The notes under the pieces were generated by a model. It saw nothing but the letters and a program-made list of their open reading frames with translations, had not been told where the DNA came from and did not search any database. This document shows positions 39,943 to 53,361 of a stretch of 64,000 bases of DNA, in pieces. Origin of the DNA: Batkoa obscura (Eukaryota). The position numbers were made by a program, and so were the translations under genes. The stretch spans positions 1,364,001 to 1,428,000 of the forward strand of contig JASVEC010000003.1 of the NCBI GenBank assembly GCA_030770535.1. The letters run 5' to 3'. How positions within the stretch are numbered: the stretch's first letter is position 1; the number at the start of each line of letters is the position of its first letter.

Positions 39943-40554
39943 CTAATTAACGTAAGACATGATCTTATTAACAAATCTCTTAAATTTAGGTTGATTTCTC
40001 ATACCAAGGGAAGGATCAATAGTAATTTGAGGAGTACTTTCGCCAGAATCCCTCATTTTATTTACTGGTACTTCTCCTAATTGATCAATCTTTGGGAATA
40101 ATTGTTTAGCAAACTCTACCATACCTGAGTTATTATCTAAATAATTATGAACAAATCTGAGAGATAAATCCTCCTCCTTTTGAGCCTTTAATTCTCTTTT
40201 TTGATTAACAACCTCTTTCTTTTCAACATTGAGTTCTCTTTTTGTATTAAAGATGTCTTTCTTTGATTTATCAATATCAGGAAATAATTGTTTAGCAAAG
40301 TTAGTCATGCTTGGATTATTTTTGACATAGTTACGTACGAATTTAAGTGATAATGCTTCCTCCTTCTCTTCTGCTTTAACTTCTTTAGGCTCTTCGATCT
40401 TTTTTTCATCTTTTGTAACAATCCTTTTACTAGTTTCTAAACTTGGTGTTTGTGTTTTCTTTTGAAAGATATGGCGCAATTCTTTACGTATATCCAAGCT
40501 GGATACTAACGCAATACATGCTATCAATAATAGACAATAACTAAATACTCTCAT
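39943..40554 (-). CDS. Secreted protein with internal repeats and dibasic KR sites (candidate Kex2-processed precursor)
   Basis: Signal peptide; repeat EEALSLKFVRNYVKNNPSMTNFAKQLFPDID / EEDLSLRFVHNYLDNNSGMVEFAKQLFPKID; four KR sites. Confidence 0.8.
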   Translation of the reverse strand: MRVFSYCLLLIACIALVSSLDIRKELRHIFQKKTQTPSLETSKRIVTKDEKKIEEPKEVKAEEKEEALSLKFVRNYVKNNPSMTNFAKQLFPDIDKSKKDIFNTKRELNVEKKEVVNQKRELKAQKEEDLSLRFVHNYLDNNSGMVEFAKQLFPKIDQLGEVPVNKMRDSGESTPQITIDPSLGMRNQPKFKRFVNKIMSYVN

Positions 40555-41789
40555 GTTGCTTGTTTATATGCTAATAAAATTAAAAGTTCAATAGATTCAA
40601 GTTTTTTAAAGTTAAACTGTTCATTAAGGGTTATTTCTTTTTTATAAACTTTAATTACGGAGTAATTGATCCTTTATTTTTCTCCGTTTTAAGTTTTTCC
40701 TTTTATTGACCATTTTGGAAGTCATCTTTTTCACTTTGTTCAGTTTTATGGATGCATTAAAGGAACATCATATGGACTCAGGGTTGTAATGATAAATCAA
40801 CATCTCTAATATACTAAAGCTATATAGAAGCTTATACTAGTCTACTTTTCAATTTTATAACGCTCATTGCTTTGAATTTTATTTTAATTACTTATAAATT
40901 GCGCTATGATTGATGAATAAATTTTTAGGCTTAATTTTCAAAGGAAATCCAGGCTTAAATTGGCCTGTGGGAAATTTTTACATAAATCTTGAAACAACCA
41001 ATCAATCCCCAAAGGTTTATTTGAATAGAAAAATCAAAGTTTATAATAAAGAAGTACGTAAGATAAAGGGGTACCAATGTAAGAGATTAAAAGGTTTTTA
41101 TAGTGATACAATGATAATGGCCTTACTTTATTGCGCTTTTATAAATATTTTGATGGTAAAAGAGTAGTAATAGTTGATTTATTAATATTAAGTGGATATA
41201 TAATAATGATAAATAAGCCATAAATCAAAAAATAATAACCAAGTTTATACGCAAAATAAAAATAAAGATGATAGAATCTTAAGGGTGATATAACACATAT
41301 AAATCCTTTATAGTATTTTTTAATCAGCTGAATAAGCATTATCACATGGCTTTATTCAGTGAATTAATTAAATGTATCTTTTTACTTTGTCTCATATTAT
41401 ATTTTATAAACATCACATATGCTTTCATTATTGCTACTAAAATTGTAAAATTTATTAAGTTTATCATATTTTTTATTATCATAATCCTCGAAATTTATTT
41501 ATCACCTCTTATCTATGGGAATACTAAATTTTACCTAACTTAAATAGTGCCCTCAAATTTCCCAGGCTTTTATATTTTAAAGTGTTAAAAAAAAGAGCAA
41601 AGGTTTTTATCAAATACTGTTTATCCTCTGATTACCTAATATTTTCTTGAACTGATATATCGCAACTTTTAGTTCATTTATCTTTAGTTTCTTTTTAGTA
41701 TCTTAAAAGATTTAGACTCCCAAGTAGTCTATTGTTGGAGGTAAGTAAAAGTATAAAAAAGTGAACGATAAGTGAAATGAGAGCTAACG

Positions 41790-43000
41790 GGATAGGGGAA
41801 GCAAGTTAAGAAAAAACTAGGAAATTGCCCAATTCAACTTCACTTGCTTTAGACTTAGGTGAGTTTAATTTCATAGAGTCAAAACCTAGTTTGTGCAATG
41901 CAATCCAAGAGTGAAAAAAGGCGAGTATAATGGAGTTGCCAGCAATTTGGCTATTTGAGGATAATTTAGTATAAAAGGAGTGGATCGCCCATAAGGCCGT
42001 AACAATCATGAATGCTTGGAGCAGAGAGAGAAAATAAGGCAAAGAAAAAAGTAACTGAGAATAACCGGACTTAAAGGATATAAAGGAATAATGAGGGCAG
42101 TTAAGGCAAGGCATGATTTTGTTCCAAAATAGCTGGGTCGAATTTCAAAATATAAACCTGTGGTCAATGTTTGACTCTATTACGTTACAGAAAAGGCATT
42201 CTTTTCTGAAGTCTGAAACAGAGCGGACTAGACTCGCTCTAGTTTTAAAAGCACTCAAGTTGAATCTTCATAGAAAAGAGAATAAATTAGGGTTAAGGAA
42301 TTTAGCAACTGGGAGGGCACAGAGATCAAAGTCAGTGAAGTTTTCAAGCGATAGAAAGTAAAGTTAATATAATTTATTTGACATTCGAGGTAATTTCTCA
42401 ACGATCTTTTTAAACCAGTACACTGAAGAAGATCCTTTAATGAGTGGACGTCAGTATTTTACCAGCGTATTGAAGAAAGGAACTAAATTGGTCCTTCTAA
42501 AGACAGGGCTCCCTTTGGTAAGAAACTCCTTGATTGTTAAAGGGTCATAGATGTGACTAAATATTAGTTTCTTAATTGGAACCCATATTGGATTGTTTAA
42601 ATAACTTAACGAATAATTTGGAAGAGGAGCGAGGCTCATGGATACTGGATCCAAAAGGCCCATACCTTATTTTCCCTTAGTGGTAAATAGGTTGCCCAAT
42701 TTTGTATCTGATGGGCCAGTGGTGTTACACATGAACGAGTTAAAGGCTTTTTTAATTCGTTTGAGAAAAGAATTGGAAACAAAGCTCACATATAAATGGA
42801 ACCAAGGTATCGAAAGAGCATCATTATTTGCTAGTATAGTTTTAACTTTGATAGAAACATCTCTAATTTCTAATTAGCTAACCTAGATTCCAGTTTAGAG
42901 ACCGCAGTTTCTGGCGTTGATGCAAAAATTATACCTTCGGACGAAACCAATATACCCAGATGCTGAATAGTGGTATCAAGACGGACTAGTCTTCAATTGC
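41790..43000 (-). mobile_element. Degenerate non-LTR retrotransposon (L1/Tx1-like) ORF2 C-terminal remnant
   Basis: Fragments QHLGILV...KLESRL, KTILANNDALSIPWFHL, KGK*GMGLLDP, CLNCP, ALWAIH; many stops; GC higher than flanks. Confidence 0.7.
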
Positions 43001-43318
43001 TTTTTATCTTAATTAATGTAATGCTTCTGCTTTAAGTTTTTAGTTACAAACAGTAATAAGAGAGCTAGGCCCCATAAATTGATTATTTCCCTTCTTTAGG
43101 TATTCTTACCTGAACACTTACTCAACTTTCCTCTACCTTTTCTTTAGTATTTTCTTTAACTACTAAGGTATTTGAGAATCTGGACCGTATATGCTTTTAA
43201 AAATATTATAATGCTTCTATACCAAATTTTTTGGTTCTAAGCACTAAGAGACTTTGTTTTTTATAGTATAAAACAATTTACTTTTTAAATAAAATCATGT
43301 ATGCAGCTAACTCAATAT

Positions 43319-43416
43319 GGAGATGTATTTTTTTGTTCAAGAATCCTATTAACAATCTTTCCGCTCAAATAGCGCTTAAAAAATGGAAAAGGTGGTGAAG
43401 CCAAAAAAATACCTTT
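43319..43416 (+). mobile_element. ~98 bp MITE copy
   Basis: Family match with a degenerate right end. Confidence 0.8.
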
Positions 43417-43666
43417 ATAAGGTAATTGGGTTTTAAACTTAATATTATATTGTAATAAAAAAACCACAATATATATCAATAATTATAAACTACTAAATAA
43501 ATAATTCATTGAAACACAGGTTAACACTATAACTTTTTAGTAGTTCTTTTAGTCTAAGTAACATCTGATTATTATTATTTTTTAACAGTTATACTAAAGT
43601 ATAAATAGTAATAAAATTTAACTTTGACAATAAATAAAAACAAATAAACAAATAAATCAATCTAAA

Positions 43667-44354
43667 ATGGATCTCTCAACAATTAATAAAATCAATGATG
43701 CGTTTGTTATATACAAGTTCGATACACAAAGTGATATCAGACGTATTTTGTATGATTATTGGAATAGTTATACTCAAAAACATATCTGCAATTTGATTCA
43801 TTTTGGTTTCTGGTTTCTGGCTTTCCTATTATCTTATATCCTTACTTGGTATTGCTACTAAACTTTATGTAGATCATAATCTATCTTTTATTGATGACTG
43901 GAAAACCAATCCATCTGCTTTTATTATCGCCTTGTTTTTCACTTTCTTCTCACAATGTAGCGAAAGATTAGAAGTTGTATTAATAGATTCGCTTTGTGGT
44001 TATTTAATATGGGCTATGTTCTCTGTTTTTGCTAATAACCAAGCGATCAACTTGATAGTGATTATGATTCTAAGTACGATAACCGAAATATTGATTATTC
44101 GTTACGGAGAAAAAGGATTGACTATTGAATGTATTTGGATTGGATCTTATTTATCTATACATAGTATTCAGTCTATTGTTGTTGTTTCAATTACTTTAGC
44201 TGGAAGATTTGATGTTTTAACGAAGGCTTTCCTACCAGTTTATATAGTTATAATTCTTTTGAAGATTGGGATATTTGCTTTTTTTGTATATAGAGAAGAA
44301 ATATTACGTGAGAAAGAAGAGGAAAGTGTTAATTTGAAGCATTACCCAGCTTAA
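43667..44354 (+). pseudogene. DUF4203-like family pseudogene, inverted paralog of 51968-52657
   Basis: MDLSTINK start, then a frameshift to VFCMIIGIVIL and a TGA near 43794; remainder aligns with the 51968 gene through LKHYP. Confidence 0.75.
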
Positions 44355-45260
44355 TGCTTTCTTTATGACCCTTTATAAATATCACATTTAGAGTACTATT
44401 TAGTAAAAAAAACTATCAAACTTGTATTTGTTTATTTTTTGTTTCATATTATGTAATATATTTGTAAAATAGTTTCTACAGAATGTACACTGCTTATTTT
44501 TTTTACTTATTATATTATTTGTTAACAACATATAGACACTAATATAAATCATAGTACATGTAATAACCGTTAATTATTTTTTAAGATTTTATTAGGTTAA
44601 TTAGTAGCTTTCAGTGTCGTTTATGATTAAGTTACCTTTACTTTATCGATCTTCATATGATTTTTATTATTACAAATTAAGCTATTTTACTATTGTTTTA
44701 TTTTATTCTTCCCCAGTTGAACTTATTAAGATGATTCTATTTATTTTAACATTCTAATCATGTTTTTGTTTTTTTCATATACAGCAGTAATCAATTTAGT
44801 TATATTTAAATATCATTTTAGACTAAAGAGGATAAATAGCTATTCCTAATACCCGCTAAATCCATAATATAAAAAGGGATATGGGTAACTCTCTACTTTT
44901 AATGTGCATTTTACTATACAGCTCACAATATGGATAAAAATAATTATATACTTATTACTTTTTTGAATTTTTTTACCTTGTGATTCATTAAAATATGAAT
45001 ATAAAAAAATTACCAATAAACCCTTTTACCCAATTATTATGTAATTAAGTATTAAATTAGGACTAATAATTTATTAATACTACAAAACTCTACCTTAGCT
45101 AACCTACTCACCCCCAAATTAAAAAAACGAGTACTAAAAAGCTTAAGGGAGAAATTAAAATCAAAAGTATAAATACAATCAAAGTTCAATTATTTGATTC
45201 ATTTTTACAAGAAATATTAAATTGATGACAAAGCAATTTCAAAATGTCGTAATAGAGTGT

Positions 45261-47056
45261 CTAAACAAGCAGAGTTTATAGACAAAACAGAATTATCAAA
45301 ATACGTTGAGGATACTAAGGAAACAATTAAACAAGTAGTTTTTTTAAATTAGGAATATAAATCAATTATTATAAGATACATAGTAAATTATTTAAAAAAA
45401 CTGTTTAGATAGTAAAGCATAACTTTTGAATTATCAAAAACAATTATTGAATTAATTATTATGTACAATGAAATTCCAATATAACCAGTTAGTTAAACTT
45501 ATCCTAAGAAATTTTAAAACACTTAATGGAAGTCATTTTAGAAGTTGCTGATATAATTCAAAAAATTGAAAATTATATAGAAAATTTAGATACTCAAATT
45601 CAATCTACTCAGGTTTTTATGCTAATAAATAATTTATTCAATTAAATTTTTATAACTTTAGTTACTTGTTTTTATTACTTTAGAAAACGCTTTTAATACA
45701 ATCAAAATTATTTATAAATTTTATGATTTATATTTAAATATAGTCCTTTGTAATTTTCCAGTTTTATTAACACTCATCCTATTAATTGATACTATTGTTA
45801 CTAGTAATACTTGTACTATAAAACTATCTCAATTATTCAGTTATATAGCAGCTATGGTTAAATTGGTTATTGAAAAAGCTTTTGATAATAATTGTTATGC
45901 TATTATCAATGAAGTTAAAAAAGTAATTACTACTATTTTAAAACAAAAATAAGACTTTATTTTATATACTGGAAATAAGTAAAGTTTTAAATTCTGGGTT
46001 TTTATTTATTTATTATTTAAAGTAAAGTTGTGTGTATTACTATGAAAGCAGTTTTAAAATATTTAGTCCCAGTAGCTTTAAAGTTAAGTAGTAAATTATT
46101 ATGTTTTATTGATAAAAAAAACAATTGATTTAAAGATTATAATTTATTATATTGTTTGAGGTAAGTTTTTAAATGTTGGTTAAGTTTGTATTACTATAAA
46201 GTATTGTTTTGTTTATGTTAATATAAAAGATAAATTTACAAAATTAGTTAAAAATAAAATTTAAACTTTTATGATATAAATACAAAAGATAACCCAAAGT
46301 GAGGTAAAATTATTTTATTAAGACATAAAAAAAATTGATGAATTATTATCAAAAAAAGATTTCTTAAAACCTTATATTAAAATTATTTATAAAAAAAACT
46401 ATAATAAAGGAAATGAATGTTTTAAAACTATTATAGTAATTAATTTAAATATTAATAAAGCCTTTTTAATGCAATAAAAAGTATTTAGGCTTATTTTATT
46501 AGTTGTTAAAATATCAAATTCAGATGAATATATTGACTATTTAAAAATAAAATAAATAATTATTTATTTATATTATTTTTAGTCTAAAACTTAATATTTG
46601 ATAAAAGTGAAAAAAAGTAAAGTATGAAATTATTATATAATTCATAGTTCAAAATAATTTATTCATTTAAAATTAATTTATTAATTTAAAATTAATTTAT
46701 TAATTTATTAAATATTCTAGTTTAAAACTAATTTCAAGTTTATGCTATCTTTCAGTTTAATTAAAAATTACTTTGCTTTTTAATTTTATTTCTTTTTTTT
46801 TATTTCTTTTTTTTTATTTCTTTTTTTTTATTTCTTTTTTTTTATTCAAATAAACCTACTAATGAGTTTATTTTTAAAGCTATCGATTGTAATTTTTGCA
46901 CAATAAGATTTATATTAGCTGCTACTCAAGCTTTATTTACAGGTAAAAGGGATGGAAATTTTTTCAGTTTTAATCAGGAATCGAGACAAGAGTAATTGAA
47001 ATATTTAATATAGATATTAAATTAACTATACTAATATTGTTTAGAATAATAATTTT
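45261..47056 (+). repeat. Left arm of 1796-bp near-perfect inverted repeat
   Basis: Reverse complement of 49352-51147; one mismatch seen (at 51133); content is decayed coding-like DNA. Confidence 0.95.
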
Positions 47057-47763
47057 AAACTAGTGTTGCTATTTTTAATGCATCGAATACAAACTGTTTT
47101 ATTTGATATTGTAAAATTACGGTTATTTTTATTTTATTTTTAAAATTCTATCCTTAGTAAGAGTTGATTTTTGATTTATTACCCGTAAGTTAATAAATGT
47201 AGTACATAAACTTTATTGTAAATTTTTAATAACAAGTTAATACTTGGTTCTAGTTACTTATAACATTTAAAAACAATAATTTATTATATTTATTGGCTAT
47301 GTTATAAAAACTGAATTTAGGAACTTTGATTTTTTTTTTTTGACTATTTACTTTAAAATATTAGGATAAAGAGATAAATTCTACGAAATAGTAAATAATG
47401 AATGTTGATATTTAAAAACAAAATTGGGGATATATTTTAATTATAATAAATTATAATCTATTTTTTAAAGAACTTAAAATCAATAAAAATCAAAATTAAA
47501 CAAATCAAAATTAAGGATAAATTCTAACATTACTAATTATAGTAAAAAAACAAATTAAAAATTTTATTACATTTCCAATTTAGAGTAACAAAAAGATGAA
47601 TATTATTAATAGAAAAAATAAACATATAAAACCTATAAAATATCAAAAGAAGCATTTAATTTTTTAATCTTTTAGATTTTGACAATCTTCTATATTTTAA
47701 TCACTTTAAACAAGTTTTAATCGAGTGAAGCATCGAAGTAATAAATAATAATCAACAATAGCA

Positions 47764-48585
47764 ATGAGTGATAGTAGTGATATTAACCTTGAAGCCGTTG
47801 GTGCGAATTGGGAAAAAGCATTTGAAAAATTTGCACAAACACTAAATTATATACTTACAACTTATTCCAAGGTATTAGTAGGAGTGGGAGTATTTTTAGT
47901 ATTAGTTGGATTAATGTTTTTAATATTTAATCGAAAAGTGATTAAAGTATTATATTTCTTTGGTGGTTTGGTAGTTGTTGGCGGTATTTCAATTATGATT
48001 GGTACAGCTATTATTTGGTTTACTAAGATTTCCCCTATATTAAATGATCCCAAATTACTTGAAATGGAAGATCCGTTTGCTGGCATAGGAACTAAGTTTA
48101 TTATATGTTTATCTACTTCACTTGGTATTGGTCTGCTGGTCGGTATTATTTCTGCTATTTATGGTAAAGTGGGTATTGTTTTAGTTGGTTTAGCTTGTGG
48201 TATGATGATTGGGTTATCCATTGGTGTCGCTATCGGAAACGTCATTGCACTTATATGTTTAACAATAGGCCTTGGTATTATTGTTGCTATTTTATGCGGT
48301 TTCTTTAAACGTTTGTTTGAAGTACTAACATCGGCTATTACTGGTGGTTTCTTATTTTCTAATGGTTATCGACTTATCTTTACAGGTGCTGTTTATTTAA
48401 GTCCCCATGGTATTGAAGGTGAAGATAAATATAGTAAAATTATTTCTATATCTACCTTAGCTGTATACATTGTAGTTACTGTTGTTTTCGGTATCTATCA
48501 TATATTCACTTACGAAAGAAAACCACAAGTTATGTCACAGCATGATATCCTTTTGAAAAAGACTCCTGCTTATAACCCCATTTAA
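47764..48585 (+). CDS. TM7S3/TMEM198-like (DUF4203) membrane protein, intronless, in the IR spacer
   Basis: 273 aa; KVIKVLYFFGG, GIVLVGLACGMMIG, GGFLFSNGYRLIFTG. Confidence 0.88.
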   Translation: MSDSSDINLEAVGANWEKAFEKFAQTLNYILTTYSKVLVGVGVFLVLVGLMFLIFNRKVIKVLYFFGGLVVVGGISIMIGTAIIWFTKISPILNDPKLLEMEDPFAGIGTKFIICLSTSLGIGLLVGIISAIYGKVGIVLVGLACGMMIGLSIGVAIGNVIALICLTIGLGIIVAILCGFFKRLFEVLTSAITGGFLFSNGYRLIFTGAVYLSPHGIEGEDKYSKIISISTLAVYIVVTVVFGIYHIFTYERKPQVMSQHDILLKKTPAYNPI

Positions 48586-49149
48586 TAATTATATTTTGAT
48601 AATATAATATGATATAATATAATCCATAAATTAAACTATTTTTTATTTTCATAAATATTTGTTTTTAATTTGGTAATGTAACAAATTAATTGATCTAATT
48701 TATTACATAAGTTCTTTTAGTTCTTTGGGATTTATTTGGAAGTTTCATAATTTGAAGTTGATTTATTTTGTTGCTAAATGAACGCTATTTTTTGAATTAT
48801 TAAACAGGATTAACGTATTGTGTATAATTGATTGAAAATTAATTAAAAATATAAATTAATAATAACTTATATCAAAGCAGTATTACCTATAATTCCGATA
48901 TATTTATTTTGTATTATTAACAATAAAAAAGCGTTAAAAATCAAAATATCAATTTATAAATTCCAGTATTTTAGATTATATTAAAAACAATAATGGATAT
49001 CAGTTTTATTTTGTATTTTATAAATTTTTAAAGCATTATTTTAAATTATTTGCTAGTAAATGCTTATAATGTTAATTGCTTCTAATAAAGACTAACATCA
49101 TAAATCAAAATTTGGCACAAATTTAAAATTATTTATCTCTAATAACATT

Positions 49150-49246
49150 GGGGATGTATTTTTGTGTTTAAGAATTTTACTAACAATCTCTACTCAAACA
49201 GCGCTTAAAAGATGGAAAAAGTGGTGAACCCAAAAAAAACGCCCCC
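49150..49246 (+). mobile_element. ~98 bp MITE copy
   Basis: Family match. Confidence 0.85.
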
Positions 49247-49351
49247 ATGTAATAACTTACTTTTTACTATAAGCTATATATAGTTGTATAAAAAACAAAT
49301 TTGTATTCAATATCTTAAAATTAAGAAAATCAATTGAAAATTAAATTGAAA

Positions 49352-51147
49352 AAAATTATTATTCTAAACAATATTAGTATAGTTAATTTAATATCTATAT
49401 TAAATATTTCAATTACTCTTGTCTCGATTCCTGATTAAAACTGAAAAAATTTCCATCCCTTTTACCTGTAAATAAAGCTTGAGTAGCAGCTAATATAAAT
49501 CTTATTGTGCAAAAATTACAATCGATAGCTTTAAAAATAAACTCATTAGTAGGTTTATTTGAATAAAAAAAAAGAAATAAAAAAAAAGAAATAAAAAAAA
49601 AGAAATAAAAAAAAAGAAATAAAATTAAAAAGCAAAGTAATTTTTAATTAAACTGAAAGATAGCATAAACTTGAAATTAGTTTTAAACTAGAATATTTAA
49701 TAAATTAATAAATTAATTTTAAATTAATAAATTAATTTTAAATGAATAAATTATTTTGAACTATGAATTATATAATAATTTCATACTTTACTTTTTTTCA
49801 CTTTTATCAAATATTAAGTTTTAGACTAAAAATAATATAAATAAATAATTATTTATTTTATTTTTAAATAGTCAATATATTCATCTGAATTTGATATTTT
49901 AACAACTAATAAAATAAGCCTAAATACTTTTTATTGCATTAAAAAGGCTTTATTAATATTTAAATTAATTACTATAATAGTTTTAAAACATTCATTTCCT
50001 TTATTATAGTTTTTTTTATAAATAATTTTAATATAAGGTTTTAAGAAATCTTTTTTTGATAATAATTCATCAATTTTTTTTATGTCTTAATAAAATAATT
50101 TTACCTCACTTTGGGTTATCTTTTGTATTTATATCATAAAAGTTTAAATTTTATTTTTAACTAATTTTGTAAATTTATCTTTTATATTAACATAAACAAA
50201 ACAATACTTTATAGTAATACAAACTTAACCAACATTTAAAAACTTACCTCAAACAATATAATAAATTATAATCTTTAAATCAATTGTTTTTTTTATCAAT
50301 AAAACATAATAATTTACTACTTAACTTTAAAGCTACTGGGACTAAATATTTTAAAACTGCTTTCATAGTAATACACACAACTTTACTTTAAATAATAAAT
50401 AAATAAAAACCCAGAATTTAAAACTTTACTTATTTCCAGTATATAAAATAAAGTCTTATTTTTGTTTTAAAATAGTAGTAATTACTTTTTTAACTTCATT
50501 GATAATAGCATAACAATTATTATCAAAAGCTTTTTCAATAACCAATTTAACCATAGCTGCTATATAACTGAATAATTGAGATAGTTTTATAGTACAAGTA
50601 TTACTAGTAACAATAGTATCAATTAATAGGATGAGTGTTAATAAAACTGGAAAATTACAAAGGACTATATTTAAATATAAATCATAAAATTTATAAATAA
50701 TTTTGATTGTATTAAAAGCGTTTTCTAAAGTAATAAAAACAAGTAACTAAAGTTATAAAAATTTAATTGAATAAATTATTTATTAGCATAAAAACCTGAG
50801 TAGATTGAATTTGAGTATCTAAATTTTCTATATAATTTTCAATTTTTTGAATTATATCAGCAACTTCTAAAATGACTTCCATTAAGTGTTTTAAAATTTC
50901 TTAGGATAAGTTTAACTAACTGGTTATATTGGAATTTCATTGTACATAATAATTAATTCAATAATTGTTTTTGATAATTCAAAAGTTATGCTTTACTATC
51001 TAAACAGTTTTTTTAAATAATTTACTATGTATCTTATAATAATTGATTTATATTCCTAATTTAAAAAAACTACTTGTTTAATTGTTTCCTTAGTATCCTC
51101 AACGTATTTTGATAATTCTGTTTTGTCTATAAGCTCTGCTTGTTTAG
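49352..51147 (-). repeat. Right arm of 1796-bp inverted repeat
   Basis: Reverse complement of 45261-47056, including identical homopolymer and minisatellite tracts. Confidence 0.95.
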
Positions 51148-51967
51148 GTACATTATTTAAGTATATTAGGATGGATTTCTTCATTACTAAATTATTACTT
51201 TGTAAAAATAAAATAACAGATTTTGAATGATAATTATGTCCTTTAATTTGAATATCTCTGTAAAAAGATAGTTTACAGATATTTAAAATTAAAATGAATG
51301 GATTAATTGAAAATGAGCATTATCATTTTTAATTTTTTAAGTGAATTTATTCTTTACTATTCGAACGAACAAAAGAATTTGTTTATTCAACTTTATTTAG
51401 TACTGTAAGCTGTATAGTTAAGTGGATCTTAAAGCCGAAATGTTAATTGTAGCTCTTTTATATACTCTGGATGTATCAAGCATTGAAAATAACCATTTAT
51501 GTTTTTTTAGTTCAAATTGACATTCAACTAACAATTAAATTGATTATAGGGAAATTAGTAGTTTTGAAGTAGTATTATAACTAATATAGTAAGAAAATAA
51601 TTATCTTTATCAATATAAATGGGCTGGAGGAGTATGGTAATAAAACCAAAAAAATAAGTATAGTTTGATTTATAACATTATATGTATGTTAATGAACATA
51701 TGATAATTGAATATATAAATGGTACTGAAAAAGGTTCCTTATTTGAATAACAAAACTTTTAAACTAATTATTCTTTTATATAATAGGATTTTATTAAATC
51801 TATCTATTGTTAACAATTCATATAGTAAGTAAAAGTAAAAAGCAATTTTTTTTATGAGTTATTAATAAATTATTATGCAAAAGAGGGAATTAAATACAAA
51901 GATGATAAGGATTGTTTATTATATATTAAACTAAATGCTAGACCCATAAAAAATCATAATAGAGGCA

Positions 51968-52657
51968 TTAAACCGGATAATGCTTTAACTTAATACTTTC
52001 TTTTTCCTTCTCACGTAATCTTTCTTCTCTATATACAAAGAAAGCAAAAATCCCAAGTTTTAAAACAATAGTTACTATATAAATAGGTAAAGAAGCCTTA
52101 TCTAAAATACCATATTTTCCTGTTAAGGCAATCGAACTAAGAATAATCAATTGAATACTATGTATAGACAAATAAGAACCAATCCAGACACAAGCAATAA
52201 TCAACCCCTTCTCTTTGTAATAAACAACTAATACTTCCGTAATAGAAGTTAAAATAATGATCATTATCAAGTTAATCAATTCATTTGTAACAAAAACAGA
52301 AAACATACCCCATACTAAATAGCCACAAAGTGAGCCAATTAACATATTTCCTAAAGTATCACTGCATAATGCAAAGAGAGCAAATAATAAAGAAACAAGT
52401 AAAGCAGATAAATTGATTTTCCAATCATTGATATAATACGATACATCATCTATATAAGATTTGATTACAATACCAAGTAAGACAATAAAATAATAGAAAA
52501 ACCAGAAAGTAGAAACAAAACGGATGAATTTAATAGTGGAAACATTCTTAATAAGTATAGTAATCCCAATAATCATACAGAATATAGCTAGAATTACTTC
52601 AAATATTGAATTTGAATACGCTGCTGCTCTAACCTTTTCAATTATAGATGGATCCAT
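51968..52657 (-). CDS. DUF4203-like multi-pass membrane protein (divergent subfamily), intronless
   Basis: 229-aa hydrophobic ORF; LIGSLCGY and WIGSYL motifs at positions equivalent to the family motifs. Confidence 0.8.
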   Translation of the reverse strand: MDPSIIEKVRAAAYSNSIFEVILAIFCMIIGITILIKNVSTIKFIRFVSTFWFFYYFIVLLGIVIKSYIDDVSYYINDWKINLSALLVSLLFALFALCSDTLGNMLIGSLCGYLVWGMFSVFVTNELINLIMIIILTSITEVLVVYYKEKGLIIACVWIGSYLSIHSIQLIILSSIALTGKYGILDKASLPIYIVTIVLKLGIFAFFVYREERLREKEKESIKLKHYPV

Positions 52658-53361
52658 TTTAATTTGTTTGTTTGTTTTGTTTTGTTTTGTTTTATTAAAT
52701 ATTAAGGCTATTTATACTTTATGTTGAAGGTTTCAAGAATTGAGTAATAAATAATAGATTTAATATACATTGCCTATTAATTACTATTTAATAAGCCGAA
52801 TGTTACAATAAGACTTTTTTTTTATTGTTTTGATCACATTAAATAGTAACATTCTAAACCAAAGATTACAATAAAATGTCTATTTATTAAATTCAATTAC
52901 TATTAAGTCAATTAAATTTCAATCTCATATTTAAAAATTCTTTTAAAACCACAATGTTCTTAAATTTTAAGAACCAATAAATTTTGTATAACAATTTGAA
53001 TATCAAATAAAATAATATTTTATGTTATTATCAACTATAAAAATACTATTTATTTTTGTTTTAAATAATAGTAGTTAGTTTTTTATTAACTTTTTTTATT
53101 GATATCATTTCATATGTTAAAACTATTTTTAATTGCCCAATAACTGTTTATATAACCTAAACTTAGGCCCATGTTTAATTAAGAGATTATGAATTTTAAT
53201 TTATAATTTATAGAATAATAATTTTATTGAAAATCAAAATTTTGTAAAATTTAATAAGCTTAAAAAAATTTAAAAAAATTGAAACCAAATAGTTGATTAT
53301 TAGACAATGAGTTAGTAGGTAAAACATTAAAAAGCATTAAAATATATAAAAAAAGTATCTA

